Shown here: positions 20,018-30,168 of the stretch, piece after piece
Layout: every line of letters starts with the position of its first letter
Position numbering within the stretch: position 1 is the first letter of the stretch
Source of the DNA: a virus
Reading direction: 5' to 3' (one strand)
Length of the DNA: 64,000 nucleotides
Virus record (IMG/VR): IMGVR_UViG_3300031088_000734
Notes under the pieces: model-generated
Told to the model about the DNA's origin: nothing
The model's input: the letters and a program-made list of their open reading frames with translations, nothing else
Database searches by the model: none
Position numbers and translations under genes: made by a program

Positions 20018-20653
20018 TCAGCTATAACCAAGAATAACGTTGGTAGGTGCGTAGCTGGTTTTGTTCAATGACGGGAGATGTTTTACAATCTCTTCTGGCA
20101 CAACTACTTCAATCAGGTAGCATGATTCATTCTCAGTCATCATAAAATCTTGAAGTAGTCGAATAAATTCACGGCTGTCAAACAAGGCATTAGGCACAAA
20201 GACATTTCTATCTTCCAGCTTCAAAAAAGCTGGCTTGTTGATTTCTTCACCGACAATCAAGGTCAGGTATGTTTCATGTTGACGTGGCTCATGAAGACAG
20301 ACACCAATGTTTTTGCAAGCGGCCCAATAAGCGTCCTGAATGACACTGACTTCTTCAATATGATAAGGAAGCTTAAATGCAATGGTCTTTGCGGCCAAAC
20401 CTTTACCCACAGTAATAGTAAACACATCGTCATATTCTTCATTTATGAGTGCTTTAATTTCGCAGTAATGGATGGCGTTATTGATTACATCATCTTGCGA
20501 TGAGCCATGAAGCACACGATAATCCGATTCATGCCAAAAACGAATCCAAAACGCATCATCAGTAGATTGTTTGATTTTACTCTCATCAAAATCAATCTCA
20601 GGTTCATTTGCCAGAATCCAAGTCAGACGTTGTTCAGCCGTGTAGTTTTTCAT
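20018..20653 (-). CDS. hypothetical protein
   Basis: 211-aa ORF with AAGGT RBS and own promoter on minus strand. Confidence 0.75.
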   Translation of the reverse strand: MKNYTAEQRLTWILANEPEIDFDESKIKQSTDDAFWIRFWHESDYRVLHGSSQDDVINNAIHYCEIKALINEEYDDVFTITVGKGLAAKTIAFKLPYHIEEVSVIQDAYWAACKNIGVCLHEPRQHETYLTLIVGEEINKPAFLKLEDRNVFVPNALFDSREFIRLLQDFMMTENESCYLIEVVVPEEIVKHLPSLNKTSYAPTNVILGYS

Positions 20654-20799
20654 GTGATTTACCTTGTTGGAAATAGATGGTTATTATACCAATATTTGAG
20701 CAGATACGCAATTTTGTTTTTCTGTTTCAAAGTAATGTATTTACTTTTATTTTGTTTGTCGCTATGGTATAATTAGACATCCTTTTAGAGAGCTTAATT

Positions 20800-21393
20800 A
20801 TGTTCGACATTAAGTATACAGAATTCCATGACATCCGTAAGATGGCTAGCCTCATCAAACGTCATAAGTTGTTTGAAAAAGAGCACCGTTCAAGCCGCTT
20901 TGAAAACAATGCCAATGATATTTTGGCCGGTGATGAAATTCGCCCTATGGGTGATGTTAATTTTATCAAGATCAGCCATTTCTCTACAGTGGTTTGTCGT
21001 GTTGATAAAAAACCTGTTGGTTTGCTGGTGTTGGAACATTACATCGTTGATGACAAGATTGACCCAGCCTTTATGTTGAATCATAAAAAACGTCGTTACT
21101 CAATGATTGGTTTAGTGGGCACCTATGTGAAGCCAGAGTTTCGTAAACGGGGTATTGGTCATTCCATGATGAATCTTTTGAATGACAACCTTCAAGATTT
21201 TTATATCAGTGATGATACTCATGTACCGATGTTGGCGGCGACTGGGAAATCATTTGATTTGGTTCAGTCTGAAATGCCTTCGTTTTGTCCTGTTGTCGCA
21301 CCTTACAATGCGAACAAATGGAAAGACACTGCAAAGAGCTGGTATACTTACAGTCGTCGCAATACCGAAACAGATGTGGTAGAATTCGTTTAA
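20800..21393 (+). CDS. GNAT-family acetyltransferase
   Basis: motif A YVKPEFRKRGIG. Confidence 0.75.
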   Translation: MFDIKYTEFHDIRKMASLIKRHKLFEKEHRSSRFENNANDILAGDEIRPMGDVNFIKISHFSTVVCRVDKKPVGLLVLEHYIVDDKIDPAFMLNHKKRRYSMIGLVGTYVKPEFRKRGIGHSMMNLLNDNLQDFYISDDTHVPMLAATGKSFDLVQSEMPSFCPVVAPYNANKWKDTAKSWYTYSRRNTETDVVEFV

Positions 21394-21434
21394 TTCTGCT
21401 ATAATACAACCACACATATTTGAGGATTAAAGCC

Positions 21435-21719
21435 ATGTTCAATAAAATTCTTTTTGGTCTTGGTGCGGCTTGGGCTTGGTTCTGGTATAACACCGTCACT
21501 CGCTTTCTGGTTGTCTTGATTCCAACTTATATGATTGCTGTTATTCCATTTTTCATCCATGTTGTGAAGGTTCCACCTTCTGATATGGCTAATTCATTAT
21601 CCGCCGTCTATTTGATAGTTTTTGGGTGGGCTGTTTTCGATAATGATTTTTCTAAACGTAAAAAATACGGCATTCCTGAACGGGTTTTCTTTAAGAAGAA
21701 AGCAAAAAAAGTCAAATAA
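21435..21719 (+). CDS. small membrane protein
   Basis: hydrophobic segments, basic C-terminus, GAGG RBS. Confidence 0.65.
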   Translation: MFNKILFGLGAAWAWFWYNTVTRFLVVLIPTYMIAVIPFFIHVVKVPPSDMANSLSAVYLIVFGWAVFDNDFSKRKKYGIPERVFFKKKAKKVK

Positions 21720-21751
21720 TTTATCTATTTCAGTCACTTTGGAGTTTTACT

Positions 21752-22012
21752 ATGATTTCGGAACCACTTAATTATTATGACGAACAGGTCATTGCTTTGG
21801 ATTTGACACGACTCTATAAGCGAGAACAAGAATTGTTGGCAGAAATGATTCAGAAGCAATCTACGGCAACTTCGATGGCTGAACAAAAACAAATTATGCA
21901 AGCCTATCGAGAAAAAGAAGACGTAATTAAATTTTCTGACCGCAAAGATGAAATTATGCGTCGTCAACAGGTCGCAAATGCTCGAAAAGATGCCGCTAAA
22001 ATCAAAAGTTAA
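21752..22012 (+). CDS. small coiled-coil protein
   Basis: 86-aa Q/E/K-rich ORF, GGAG RBS. Confidence 0.65.
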   Translation: MISEPLNYYDEQVIALDLTRLYKREQELLAEMIQKQSTATSMAEQKQIMQAYREKEDVIKFSDRKDEIMRRQQVANARKDAAKIKS

Positions 22013-22076
22013 TGATTGCGTTGTTTCATCATTTTTGTTATAATTATCGCATCTTAATCAACACGAGAATTCAATC

Positions 22077-22451
22077 ATGAAAATTGCACACGTTATTATT
22101 AAAGAAGCTGTCACTCATTTTCTGGCTAACCAGCCTATCAATAAGCTGATCAGTCAATTATTTCGTAATGGCAGACAAGTTCACGACGATTTTGAACCTT
22201 TTAAACAAGTGTCTTTTATGAAATTTGAAAATGGTGTGGGTACCCTGCGTCTGCATTGGAATGATATTATGCCGCGTGTCCTTGATCAGATTGAAAAACA
22301 TGATGACATGGATACTGTCTTTACCATTGAAGTTAAAGGTCTTGAAGCCGAAATCGTTGTAAGTTATGACAAGCCTTCGATGTGGTTTAACATCACTTCG
22401 AAGACATTTGATAATCTCTTTGCACTGGCCGTGGAACGGTCGAAGGAGTAA
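22077..22451 (+). CDS. hypothetical protein
   Basis: 124-aa ORF after promoter. Confidence 0.7.
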   Translation: MKIAHVIIKEAVTHFLANQPINKLISQLFRNGRQVHDDFEPFKQVSFMKFENGVGTLRLHWNDIMPRVLDQIEKHDDMDTVFTIEVKGLEAEIVVSYDKPSMWFNITSKTFDNLFALAVERSKE

Positions 22452-22453
22452 CT

Positions 22454-22882
22454 ATGGAATTTAGAGAATTTTTAGAAAAAGCCTCAGAAGAAGTCTCATT
22501 GCTGTCGAATAGCCAAGTTTTGTATGGTTATGTACCATCAGATAAGCTATCTTCGATGAGTGATGATGACCTTGAATCGCTTATTTTCGAGCGTTCATGG
22601 ATTTCGGGTGGATCAACAGGTAAAAGCTGCTGGGGTGGTGAAGCTTATAGCCGATCAGCAGATGCTCCCGAAGATATTACACCTGATGTCGCCAAAGTTT
22701 TGAAGGCTGTTGGTAAAGAAGATATCAGTTTTGTTGCTTACATGGCAGACATTCAGCCTTTGGTTCAATCAACTGATTTGTCTGATCACAGTGACTATTA
22801 TGGTAATTACACCACTTATTCGCGGGTTTATGTAAATTTGAAAGCGTTGTATGATGTGTTGTATGGCGAGCGAGCTGATTAA
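22454..22882 (+). CDS. hypothetical protein, paralog of 22942
   Basis: WISGGSTGKSCW, DYYGNY, VYVNLKALYD. Confidence 0.8.
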   Translation: MEFREFLEKASEEVSLLSNSQVLYGYVPSDKLSSMSDDDLESLIFERSWISGGSTGKSCWGGEAYSRSADAPEDITPDVAKVLKAVGKEDISFVAYMADIQPLVQSTDLSDHSDYYGNYTTYSRVYVNLKALYDVLYGERAD

Positions 22883-22941
22883 TAGCTAACAATCCATAAT
22901 TAGAACCTATAAATCTTATGCGATTATATAAGGAGAAAATT

Positions 22942-23361
22942 ATGATTGAGTTTAAAGAGTTTGTAAAAAAAGCTATTGTGTTTGCAAATGTATCTGTTGA
23001 TGTGTTGCATTCACGGGATTACTCGTTAACCGAAGCCTGCGTCGAAGCGTTAGATGACAAAGTACTGGAAACTGCAGTGATTGAAAAAGTATGGGTTTCT
23101 GGTGGTGTTTCTGGCAACGATTGCTATGAATATTTGAATAGAGACGTAGAGAGTGAAGGCGAACAAGACATTGTACCAGAGGTTTTGGGCTTGTTGAAAA
23201 GTTTAGGTCGTGATGACGTTGACAGTTCATCTGTTAGTGGTTTGGTAGAGGCTTATAGCTTCGATGAAGAACCAGATTACTATTTCAACTACTACGAGTA
23301 TTCAAAAGTGTATGTCAGCTTGAAAGCGTTGTATGATAAGTTTTTGGCGAAAGCTGTATAA
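22942..23361 (+). CDS. hypothetical protein, paralog of 22454
   Basis: WVSGGVSGNDCY, DYYFNY, VYVSLKALYD; AAGGAG RBS. Confidence 0.8.
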   Translation: MIEFKEFVKKAIVFANVSVDVLHSRDYSLTEACVEALDDKVLETAVIEKVWVSGGVSGNDCYEYLNRDVESEGEQDIVPEVLGLLKSLGRDDVDSSSVSGLVEAYSFDEEPDYYFNYYEYSKVYVSLKALYDKFLAKAV

Positions 23362-23486
23362 TTTATCAATTCTATCTGTCAAAGAAAAACCTCATTTCGG
23401 TGGGGTTTTTTGTTGTCTACTCCTTTCAATTCTGTTATACTGTTGATATTGACTTAATTTGCTAAGACAGCAAAGGAGAAAAACAC

Positions 23487-23720
23487 ATGAGTCGCGGCGA
23501 ATCCACTGAAATGATTTCAACCACATTCTATATCGGATGGTTTTACATGAGAACTGTTCGTGACTATTTGAATGATATCATTGAAAATAAAAAATGGCCG
23601 GTTCGCTATGAAGAATCCATTAGTTTCTTCGAAAACAAGTTTGTTTTGTATGGCCCACAACGTGACATTATGTATATTCATTCCAAAATTGAACATTATT
23701 TGAAAAATCTTCAGTTTTAA
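23487..23720 (+). CDS. small hypothetical protein
   Basis: 77-aa ORF, AAGGAG RBS. Confidence 0.65.
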   Translation: MSRGESTEMISTTFYIGWFYMRTVRDYLNDIIENKKWPVRYEESISFFENKFVLYGPQRDIMYIHSKIEHYLKNLQF

Positions 23721-23761
23721 CTCAAAAAAAAAAGAGTGTTATCCACTCCATTTTTTTTCTA

Positions 23762-24757
23762 TTAAATTTTTATACTTGCTTCAAAGTCTTTTTTCTTTTC
23801 AAATAACATCATAATAAATGATCGTTTTTCTGGATTAATTTCTCTCATTGCTTCATCAACACCTTTTGTCTTATAGGTATTGAGCAATTGTATGTCATAT
23901 TCATTTAATTTTGAAATTTTGTTATATTTATAAACTTTCGTCCAATAAAAATCATCACCTAATTTTTCTTTCAAGTAGCTTTCGTCCTTTAACTTATAAT
24001 TCGTAGACATTTTTTCAGCTAAGTCAAAAATTTCTTTGTTAGTTGTTTTGTTAATTAATGGATAATAGGTGATTGCGAGTATATCGGTATAATTGTTTGT
24101 TATTTTCTCAATAGTCGCAACACCATCATCTATTATCTCAGCCCCTAAAAGAGTAGGCTTATATTGATGGACTTGATAATCCACTTTTGTAAACTGTAAG
24201 CTTGCTTTGACGACTTGATTGGCTATATCAACTTTCAATATATTCTTTTGTAAATTTAGCATTAAAAAGACTGCTAGGCATGACATTGTTGTAATGAGCA
24301 CTAATTTCATGTTGAATGGTTGTTTTCTTTTTGCAAACAATGCAGCAACAAGTGGAACTAGTAAATAAAGCAAACTTATATTTTCAGGTGCATATTCATC
24401 AAATCTATAACTTTTTGGATGATTGATGTTGATTAATCTAATAATAAGATCAATCACAACAAAAAACAGTATTTGATATTTTAAACCTCTGGATATCATA
24501 ATAGACGTTGGGGTATTGCCTTTATGCAATAAGATTACAAGATAACTGGTTGCTAGTAGCCCAATATACATAATACTGTAATAGTAATCTATTTTTAATT
24601 TCCAGTATTCATATGGAGTTCCTAATTCATATTTAAAATTTCCAACTATGCTATAAAAATATCCAGCCGAATTTAACAATCCAAAATATCCGACAGCCAC
24701 AAACAAAACATTAACCAGTAAAAAGGTTAAGGCAACTCTATTATTTACTAGTTTCAT
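23762..24757 (-). CDS. multi-pass membrane protein, paralog of 24741
   Basis: about five hydrophobic helices then soluble domain; shared NILKVDIAN, TLLGAE, YLKEKxGD. Confidence 0.8.
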   Translation of the reverse strand: MKLVNNRVALTFLLVNVLFVAVGYFGLLNSAGYFYSIVGNFKYELGTPYEYWKLKIDYYYSIMYIGLLATSYLVILLHKGNTPTSIMISRGLKYQILFFVVIDLIIRLININHPKSYRFDEYAPENISLLYLLVPLVAALFAKRKQPFNMKLVLITTMSCLAVFLMLNLQKNILKVDIANQVVKASLQFTKVDYQVHQYKPTLLGAEIIDDGVATIEKITNNYTDILAITYYPLINKTTNKEIFDLAEKMSTNYKLKDESYLKEKLGDDFYWTKVYKYNKISKLNEYDIQLLNTYKTKGVDEAMREINPEKRSFIMMLFEKKKDFEASIKI

Positions 24758-25766
24758 TTCTATTCACATCCGCGTTCTTTTCATCATGTTTTGTGGCCCT
24801 AATAAGTAAAGCTATTAGAGAGCCTTTTTTTGAAACATCTATTTCTTTTAGTGCATCGTTTAAACCTTTATTTTTATAAATATCAATAATTTTCATATCA
24901 TTTTCTTTGTATCTAGCATTCATTTTATTGTTAAGAGATAATTTTGTTAGCTGATAATTATCTCCCATTTTTTCCTTCAAATAAGTTTCATCATAATTAA
25001 CATGATTGGCGTAAAATTTTTCCACCATTGTAAATATTTCTTCATTACTTGGTTTGTTGGTTGAAACATACATTAAGAGATCAAGAAAATTCGTTTGATT
25101 ATCTGTTAATCTATCTAAGGTTGACACACCATCTTCATAACTTTCAGCTCCTAATAGAGTGACTTTATGTTTCATAATCGGTGACCCAACAGGTTTTAGT
25201 TTACTTATATTGATTGCTGATTTATTTGCTATATCTACTCTTAAAATATTATTTTCTATATTTAAAATAAATGAAACCAGTAAACATGCAAAGGCTACAT
25301 AAACTAGACCTTTTTTATTTTTAAAATCAAAATTATAGGCTAATAAAGCACTTATTATTGCAATAATTAAATAATAAACACCAAATATAGAAGCTTCAAA
25401 CTCTTCAATTGACGTTTTATTATAACCATCAATGGCATATATTTTAATTAGGCTAATTATACCCGTTATAATTAATTGTATGATTAACGCTTTAGATAAT
25501 TTTCTCATTATTTCGCCTTGTCCGCGATATAAAATGATAATTAAATAATTAATCACAAAAAATGTTATAAAAACAATACTGAAGTAATAATCTTTTTTTA
25601 CCTTAAAATACTCTTCGGCTGTTCCTGTTGATAATTCTGATGTAGAAATTATCCCATTTAAAAATCCGGCTGAGTCCATTATTCCAAAATATCCAATTAT
25701 AATCAATGCTAAATTTATTATCAAAAATGCCAATGCTACTTTATTACCTATTAATTTCATTTTCAC
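24741..25766 (-). CDS. multi-pass membrane protein, paralog of 23762
   Basis: same architecture and motifs as adjacent gene. Confidence 0.8.
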   Translation of the reverse strand: MKMKLIGNKVALAFLIINLALIIIGYFGIMDSAGFLNGIISTSELSTGTAEEYFKVKKDYYFSIVFITFFVINYLIIILYRGQGEIMRKLSKALIIQLIITGIISLIKIYAIDGYNKTSIEEFEASIFGVYYLIIAIISALLAYNFDFKNKKGLVYVAFACLLVSFILNIENNILRVDIANKSAINISKLKPVGSPIMKHKVTLLGAESYEDGVSTLDRLTDNQTNFLDLLMYVSTNKPSNEEIFTMVEKFYANHVNYDETYLKEKMGDNYQLTKLSLNNKMNARYKENDMKIIDIYKNKGLNDALKEIDVSKKGSLIALLIRATKHDEKNADVNRNETSK

Positions 25767-26244
25767 TCCCTAATTTAAATTCTATGAATGGTTGATTTCC
25801 TTTTATATACAATGGGTGTTTGGGCATACCCGCCTTAGTTGTTCCTAAACAATACATTTCAACGCCTAATTCATTAAGCATGTTGTACACTTCGACTACT
25901 CTGTCCATCTTGGCATTCCCGCCCCACGCACAGATGATTCTTTTATGTTTGCTGAATAAATTCATAAGGTATGCATCATTATCTGTTCCTACTGGGTCAT
26001 CTGTTAACCACAAGCTTTTCGGAGTCGGTGAACGAAAGGCGTATAAATTAACCACTTTCAATGAATCATGCCCATTGTCTTTGGCAAACTGTATACACCT
26101 TCTAATAGTAGGGTCATCAATCATTGCATCGGCTGTACTGGGGTTTAGCATACAAAAGATAGCTGGGTTATGTGCGTTCTCTACAAAGTCACGTCCCAAC
26201 TCATAACGAAATTTTAGGCATTGACTAATAATGGCTGTTTTCAT
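25744..26244 (-). CDS. DUF1643-family protein
   Basis: MLNPSTAD...DDPTIRRC, NLYAFRSPTP, CAWG, GTTKAGMPKHPLY; start moved to 26244 after AAGGAG. Confidence 0.85.
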   Translation of the reverse strand: MKTAIISQCLKFRYELGRDFVENAHNPAIFCMLNPSTADAMIDDPTIRRCIQFAKDNGHDSLKVVNLYAFRSPTPKSLWLTDDPVGTDNDAYLMNLFSKHKRIICAWGGNAKMDRVVEVYNMLNELGVEMYCLGTTKAGMPKHPLYIKGNQPFIEFKLGSENEINR

Positions 26245-26434
26245 ATTTATTTTCTCCTTATGGCAGAATATATGACAAACCAACTACAGTCAAATAAATC
26301 AATATTATAAGGATAATACATAATGTTTTAATATAAAAATATAATTAATTAAAATCAAAGTATTATACATAAAGTATGATTGAAATCTTAACGAAAAAGA
26401 TGTAAAGTTTAAGTCCTTAACAAAGGATTAAATT

Positions 26435-26944
26435 ATGAAATTCTTTCTGTTGGTCAGTGTTGGAATACTCAGTGTTTTGTTAGCCACTGCCAATGAGCCA
26501 TTCAACAGAAAATTACCTTATACTTTGTCTATTACTGACAGTCAAAAACAATTGAATTTTTCTGTTCCTACCTCTGTTGGTACCATTTCATACTTTTCTA
26601 CCAATGAAAACAACGAAACATTGTTGACGCAGTGTTTGGCTGGTATTGATGTTATGAACCAAGAACATATCAAGCGTTTAAACTACAACAATAAACAGAT
26701 AGATGCAGACATCACGGTTTTTGTCATGTCAAAAAATGATGACCTATTTAAAGCAATGGTTATTTATTCAAAATTAGATGATAATTCTATTCAAAACAAA
26801 TCAACTGAAAACCTCTGCAATTCTTTAAATGGTTCTTATTCAACAAAAAAATGGATGGTTGATCTTTCGTTCAACAAAATTACTTCAATTGCATTGAATG
26901 AGAACAATCAGCTATATTTGAAGATAGCCAAATATACTGACTAA
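26435..26944 (+). CDS. exported protein, divergent member of a four-gene tandem array
   Basis: signal peptide; C-terminal W...I.L...N.LY like neighbours. Confidence 0.7.
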   Translation: MKFFLLVSVGILSVLLATANEPFNRKLPYTLSITDSQKQLNFSVPTSVGTISYFSTNENNETLLTQCLAGIDVMNQEHIKRLNYNNKQIDADITVFVMSKNDDLFKAMVIYSKLDDNSIQNKSTENLCNSLNGSYSTKKWMVDLSFNKITSIALNENNQLYLKIAKYTD

Positions 26945-27003
26945 CTAGAATTGTAATCAGTATTTAACCTAGTATACTACTTATACAATTAGGAGGATTT
27001 ATC

Positions 27004-27510
27004 ATGTTTAAAAATTTTATTGCTGCTAGTCTTTTAATATCATCAGGTTTTGTGTATGCAGAAAATATTGTGGATGAAAAACCTTATATTCTTTATGTGA
27101 CAGATAAACAACATAAAATTAGCAATGTTTTAAGACTTGATGTTGATGGATTTCCATCTTCTGGTGGTGGAATACTTAAAGAAAAAAATAAAACCACTGA
27201 TTGTAACCTAGAACCTTATGATTTTGAAGTTTATTCGTCCACTGATCAATTTTCTGGTATGTCTGTAAGAACCTTATCTCAAACTAGAGAGATTTTTCAT
27301 ATTGTGTTTAAATTAACCTACACTGAAGACTTTTCTACTGAAAATGCTATTAAGTTGAACGATACTTGCACTATTGCGAATAATGTCTCTACTTCTGTTG
27401 ATGTCCAATGGGCGGGTGATATTCAGTTTGGAGAAAAGAAAGTTATTAAGCTTCCTAACAAGAATGAACTCTATATGGAAGTGTTGAAAGGATATCCGAT
27501 TGACATTTAA
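27004..27510 (+). CDS. exported protein, tandem paralog
   Basis: signal peptide; C...N.VSTSVDVQWAGDI. Confidence 0.8.
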   Translation: MFKNFIAASLLISSGFVYAENIVDEKPYILYVTDKQHKISNVLRLDVDGFPSSGGGILKEKNKTTDCNLEPYDFEVYSSTDQFSGMSVRTLSQTREIFHIVFKLTYTEDFSTENAIKLNDTCTIANNVSTSVDVQWAGDIQFGEKKVIKLPNKNELYMEVLKGYPIDI

Positions 27511-27579
27511 ATATATATTTTAATATGATTGTATTAATCATTTAATTAACTTATAATAAAATTTTATTAGGAGTTAATT

Positions 27580-28110
27580 ATGCTAAAAACCATATTTATA
27601 ACAAGTTCTTTACTTATATCATCTATGTCTGCATATGCGGATGTTGCGTCTTACAAAATTGACATCAAAGAGAAACTTGATGACAGTTCATTTTCAATTA
27701 CAACACCGATGGGCAGCATTGTTCCATTCCAAAAAGGTGGAAATCCATTAAAAAATGAAAAGTGTTCTATTGTCTTGAATGATGGCACTACAAAAACAGA
27801 ATTTGAAACGAACCAAATAAAGTCAGATAAAAATAATACCTTAACTGCATCTGTATATCCTGTTTCTATTGATGGTGATAAAGTTAAATTTGTATTGGTG
27901 TATAGTAAGCAAGATATGATGACTTCACAAGAGGCTCAAGACTTCATGCAGATTGGTGAAAACTGTAAGTTCCATAACTCAGTTGTTCATGCAGTCTCTA
28001 CTGATGTCCATTGGGCTGGTGATGTAACGTTAGGTAAACATACCACTATTCCAGTATCTTCAAATAATTCAATTGATGTACTTATTACAGAAGTTAAACC
28101 AACTAAATAA
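27580..28110 (+). CDS. exported protein, tandem paralog
   Basis: signal peptide; VYPVSIDGDKVK, STDVHWAGDV, two Cys. Confidence 0.8.
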   Translation: MLKTIFITSSLLISSMSAYADVASYKIDIKEKLDDSSFSITTPMGSIVPFQKGGNPLKNEKCSIVLNDGTTKTEFETNQIKSDKNNTLTASVYPVSIDGDKVKFVLVYSKQDMMTSQEAQDFMQIGENCKFHNSVVHAVSTDVHWAGDVTLGKHTTIPVSSNNSIDVLITEVKPTK

Positions 28111-28137
28111 TAGCTCACTCATTTCTGGAGATTTACA

Positions 28138-28671
28138 ATGTTAAAAAAAATGTTAATTGCAAGTTCATTGACACTTATTTCATTATCAGCTTTTGCTGAT
28201 GTCGTTGCACCACCTTTATACAGTATTGAGGTTATAGATACTGATGGGGTCGTTAACCATTCTGTCTTTTCGGTTACCACACCTATCGGTAAAGTAATGC
28301 CTGTTAAAGTGACACAAGAAAATAAAGATAATTCGACTAATTGTTCACTTTCTCTAAAAGACAATAACGAACTTACAGAATTAAACGTTGAACAAAAAAA
28401 CAGTATAGGCATTACATCAACGGTTTATCCGATGTCTATTGATGGTGATAACGTTAAACTTATGTTGACTTACAGTAAACAAGATGATGTCTCTTCAGAT
28501 AAAGCTATTGAATTAAGCAATACCTGTCATTTTGCGAATGCTGTTTCAACAACGACTAATGTTCAATGGTTAGGTAATGTTGAGCTTAATGAAAAAACAA
28601 AAATCCCATTAACTGGTAAAAACAGCTTGTTTGTTCTTATCAAGAAAGTTAATCCTAATGACAACCATTAA
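28138..28671 (+). CDS. exported protein, tandem paralog
   Basis: signal peptide; VYPMSIDGDNVK, TTNVQWLGNV, two Cys. Confidence 0.8.
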   Translation: MLKKMLIASSLTLISLSAFADVVAPPLYSIEVIDTDGVVNHSVFSVTTPIGKVMPVKVTQENKDNSTNCSLSLKDNNELTELNVEQKNSIGITSTVYPMSIDGDNVKLMLTYSKQDDVSSDKAIELSNTCHFANAVSTTTNVQWLGNVELNEKTKIPLTGKNSLFVLIKKVNPNDNH

Positions 28672-29311
28672 TATCAATCAAGCCGTTAAACATAGCTGTC
28701 AACAACTAGGCTTTCCACAAGAATTTGTGGACTGCTTAGATATTGAGGCTGTATTGGCTGCAGAAAAACAACAAAAAACCATTTTAGCCATCAATTCGAA
28801 TTATTCTGGTTCAATTGACATTCATTCTAAACTGACTGATTCTGTTAACAAGTATAGTATTTGCGTAACATTTGATAATCCAGTTGATTTTCTAGAAAAA
28901 CGATCTTTATTTAATCAAATACACGAAGATTCATTTTGTTTCTTTAATCTTATTTTTGATCATAATTTCAACTTTGTGTCTTTTTCATTACCCTATTGTT
29001 TCCATGCCGAGCATGTATATGAAGAAATTGAGCATGATTTTGTCATCTTTTTTAAATTTGATATTGATAATCAATTAATAGGTTTAGAAGTCCGTGAATT
29101 TCGAGAAAACGATGAATTTTTTATGACCTCAAAGTCAAGCCATCTGTTAATGCCGATTGCTGATGAACTTTTATTGGTTGAATTCCTACGTTACAAATAC
29201 AGTCCAGAAATGATAGAACTCATTCCCGAATTTACCATACCAACAGCTTATGATTTTACATCTTCAGATCTTGAAAGTCGAATACAACTTGCCAGAATGA
29301 TAAAGTTTTAA
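28658..29311 (+). CDS. hypothetical protein with C-terminal Met(-4) motif
   Basis: ends IQLARMIKF. Confidence 0.7.
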   Translation: MTTININQAVKHSCQQLGFPQEFVDCLDIEAVLAAEKQQKTILAINSNYSGSIDIHSKLTDSVNKYSICVTFDNPVDFLEKRSLFNQIHEDSFCFFNLIFDHNFNFVSFSLPYCFHAEHVYEEIEHDFVIFFKFDIDNQLIGLEVREFRENDEFFMTSKSSHLLMPIADELLLVEFLRYKYSPEMIELIPEFTIPTAYDFTSSDLESRIQLARMIKF

Positions 29312-29997
29312 TAATCAAACTCTTTATTTTGTAATCTTTCAAGAATTGTCATATCACCTTTATAATGTTTATCAATTACTTGTTTAAAAGCTTCAGTATC
29401 CCTGAAAAACAGATGATTTGATGGCTTACATATTTTGACATTCATGGCGTCTTCATAACTGTTAGAATGGCTAAATAATTTTTCATATTCCTTACCACGT
29501 TTTGACCATTCTCGTTTAGTCATACCTTCTGGTAAATCGGAATTATCATAATAGTCGTAACTGATTAAAGGCACATTGGCTTTTACATGCTCTATGATGT
29601 CTTTATACGCCGAGTTATTGTAGATGCGGTAGAATGTTTTCTTACCTTGTGTTTTAAAATAGATTTGGGTCATCTTGTTTAACGCACAACTGGATTGGAC
29701 TTTGGCTGCAAGATCAATCACCGCATAATAGAACTCATGCAGCTCAACTTGCCGTCCTTTGTATTTTTCGTGGATGATACTGAACAGTAATTGATTTTGA
29801 TAAGTTGCATATTTCTTTTCAAACACCCCTTTGAGAGAGGTTTCATGCTCAAATAATACAAAGTCATCAATAATTGATTTGTAAATGGCTTCTCTGGCGA
29901 TTTTGTTGGCAATTTCTTCAATCACCTTATTATGGCTATCAATTTCTGCCATTTTATTGGTATTCAGCACAAAGAAATTATCAATTACTGTTGACAT
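29308..29997 (-). CDS. hypothetical protein
   Basis: 229-aa ORF, GAGGGG RBS. Confidence 0.75.
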   Translation of the reverse strand: MSTVIDNFFVLNTNKMAEIDSHNKVIEEIANKIAREAIYKSIIDDFVLFEHETSLKGVFEKKYATYQNQLLFSIIHEKYKGRQVELHEFYYAVIDLAAKVQSSCALNKMTQIYFKTQGKKTFYRIYNNSAYKDIIEHVKANVPLISYDYYDNSDLPEGMTKREWSKRGKEYEKLFSHSNSYEDAMNVKICKPSNHLFFRDTEAFKQVIDKHYKGDMTILERLQNKEFDY

Positions 29998-30168
29998 AGA
30001 TTACCCCTCAAATAATATGTTATTTTACGTTAAATATAATAGAAAGTCAATATTCCACACTATTTTCAATTTATTTCTTTATTTTTAACTTTTTTGTGAT
30101 TAAACACGTTGCTTTATAGGCTCTATTTTGATACAATGTCGTCAATGAAAACAACGGAGATACACCAC

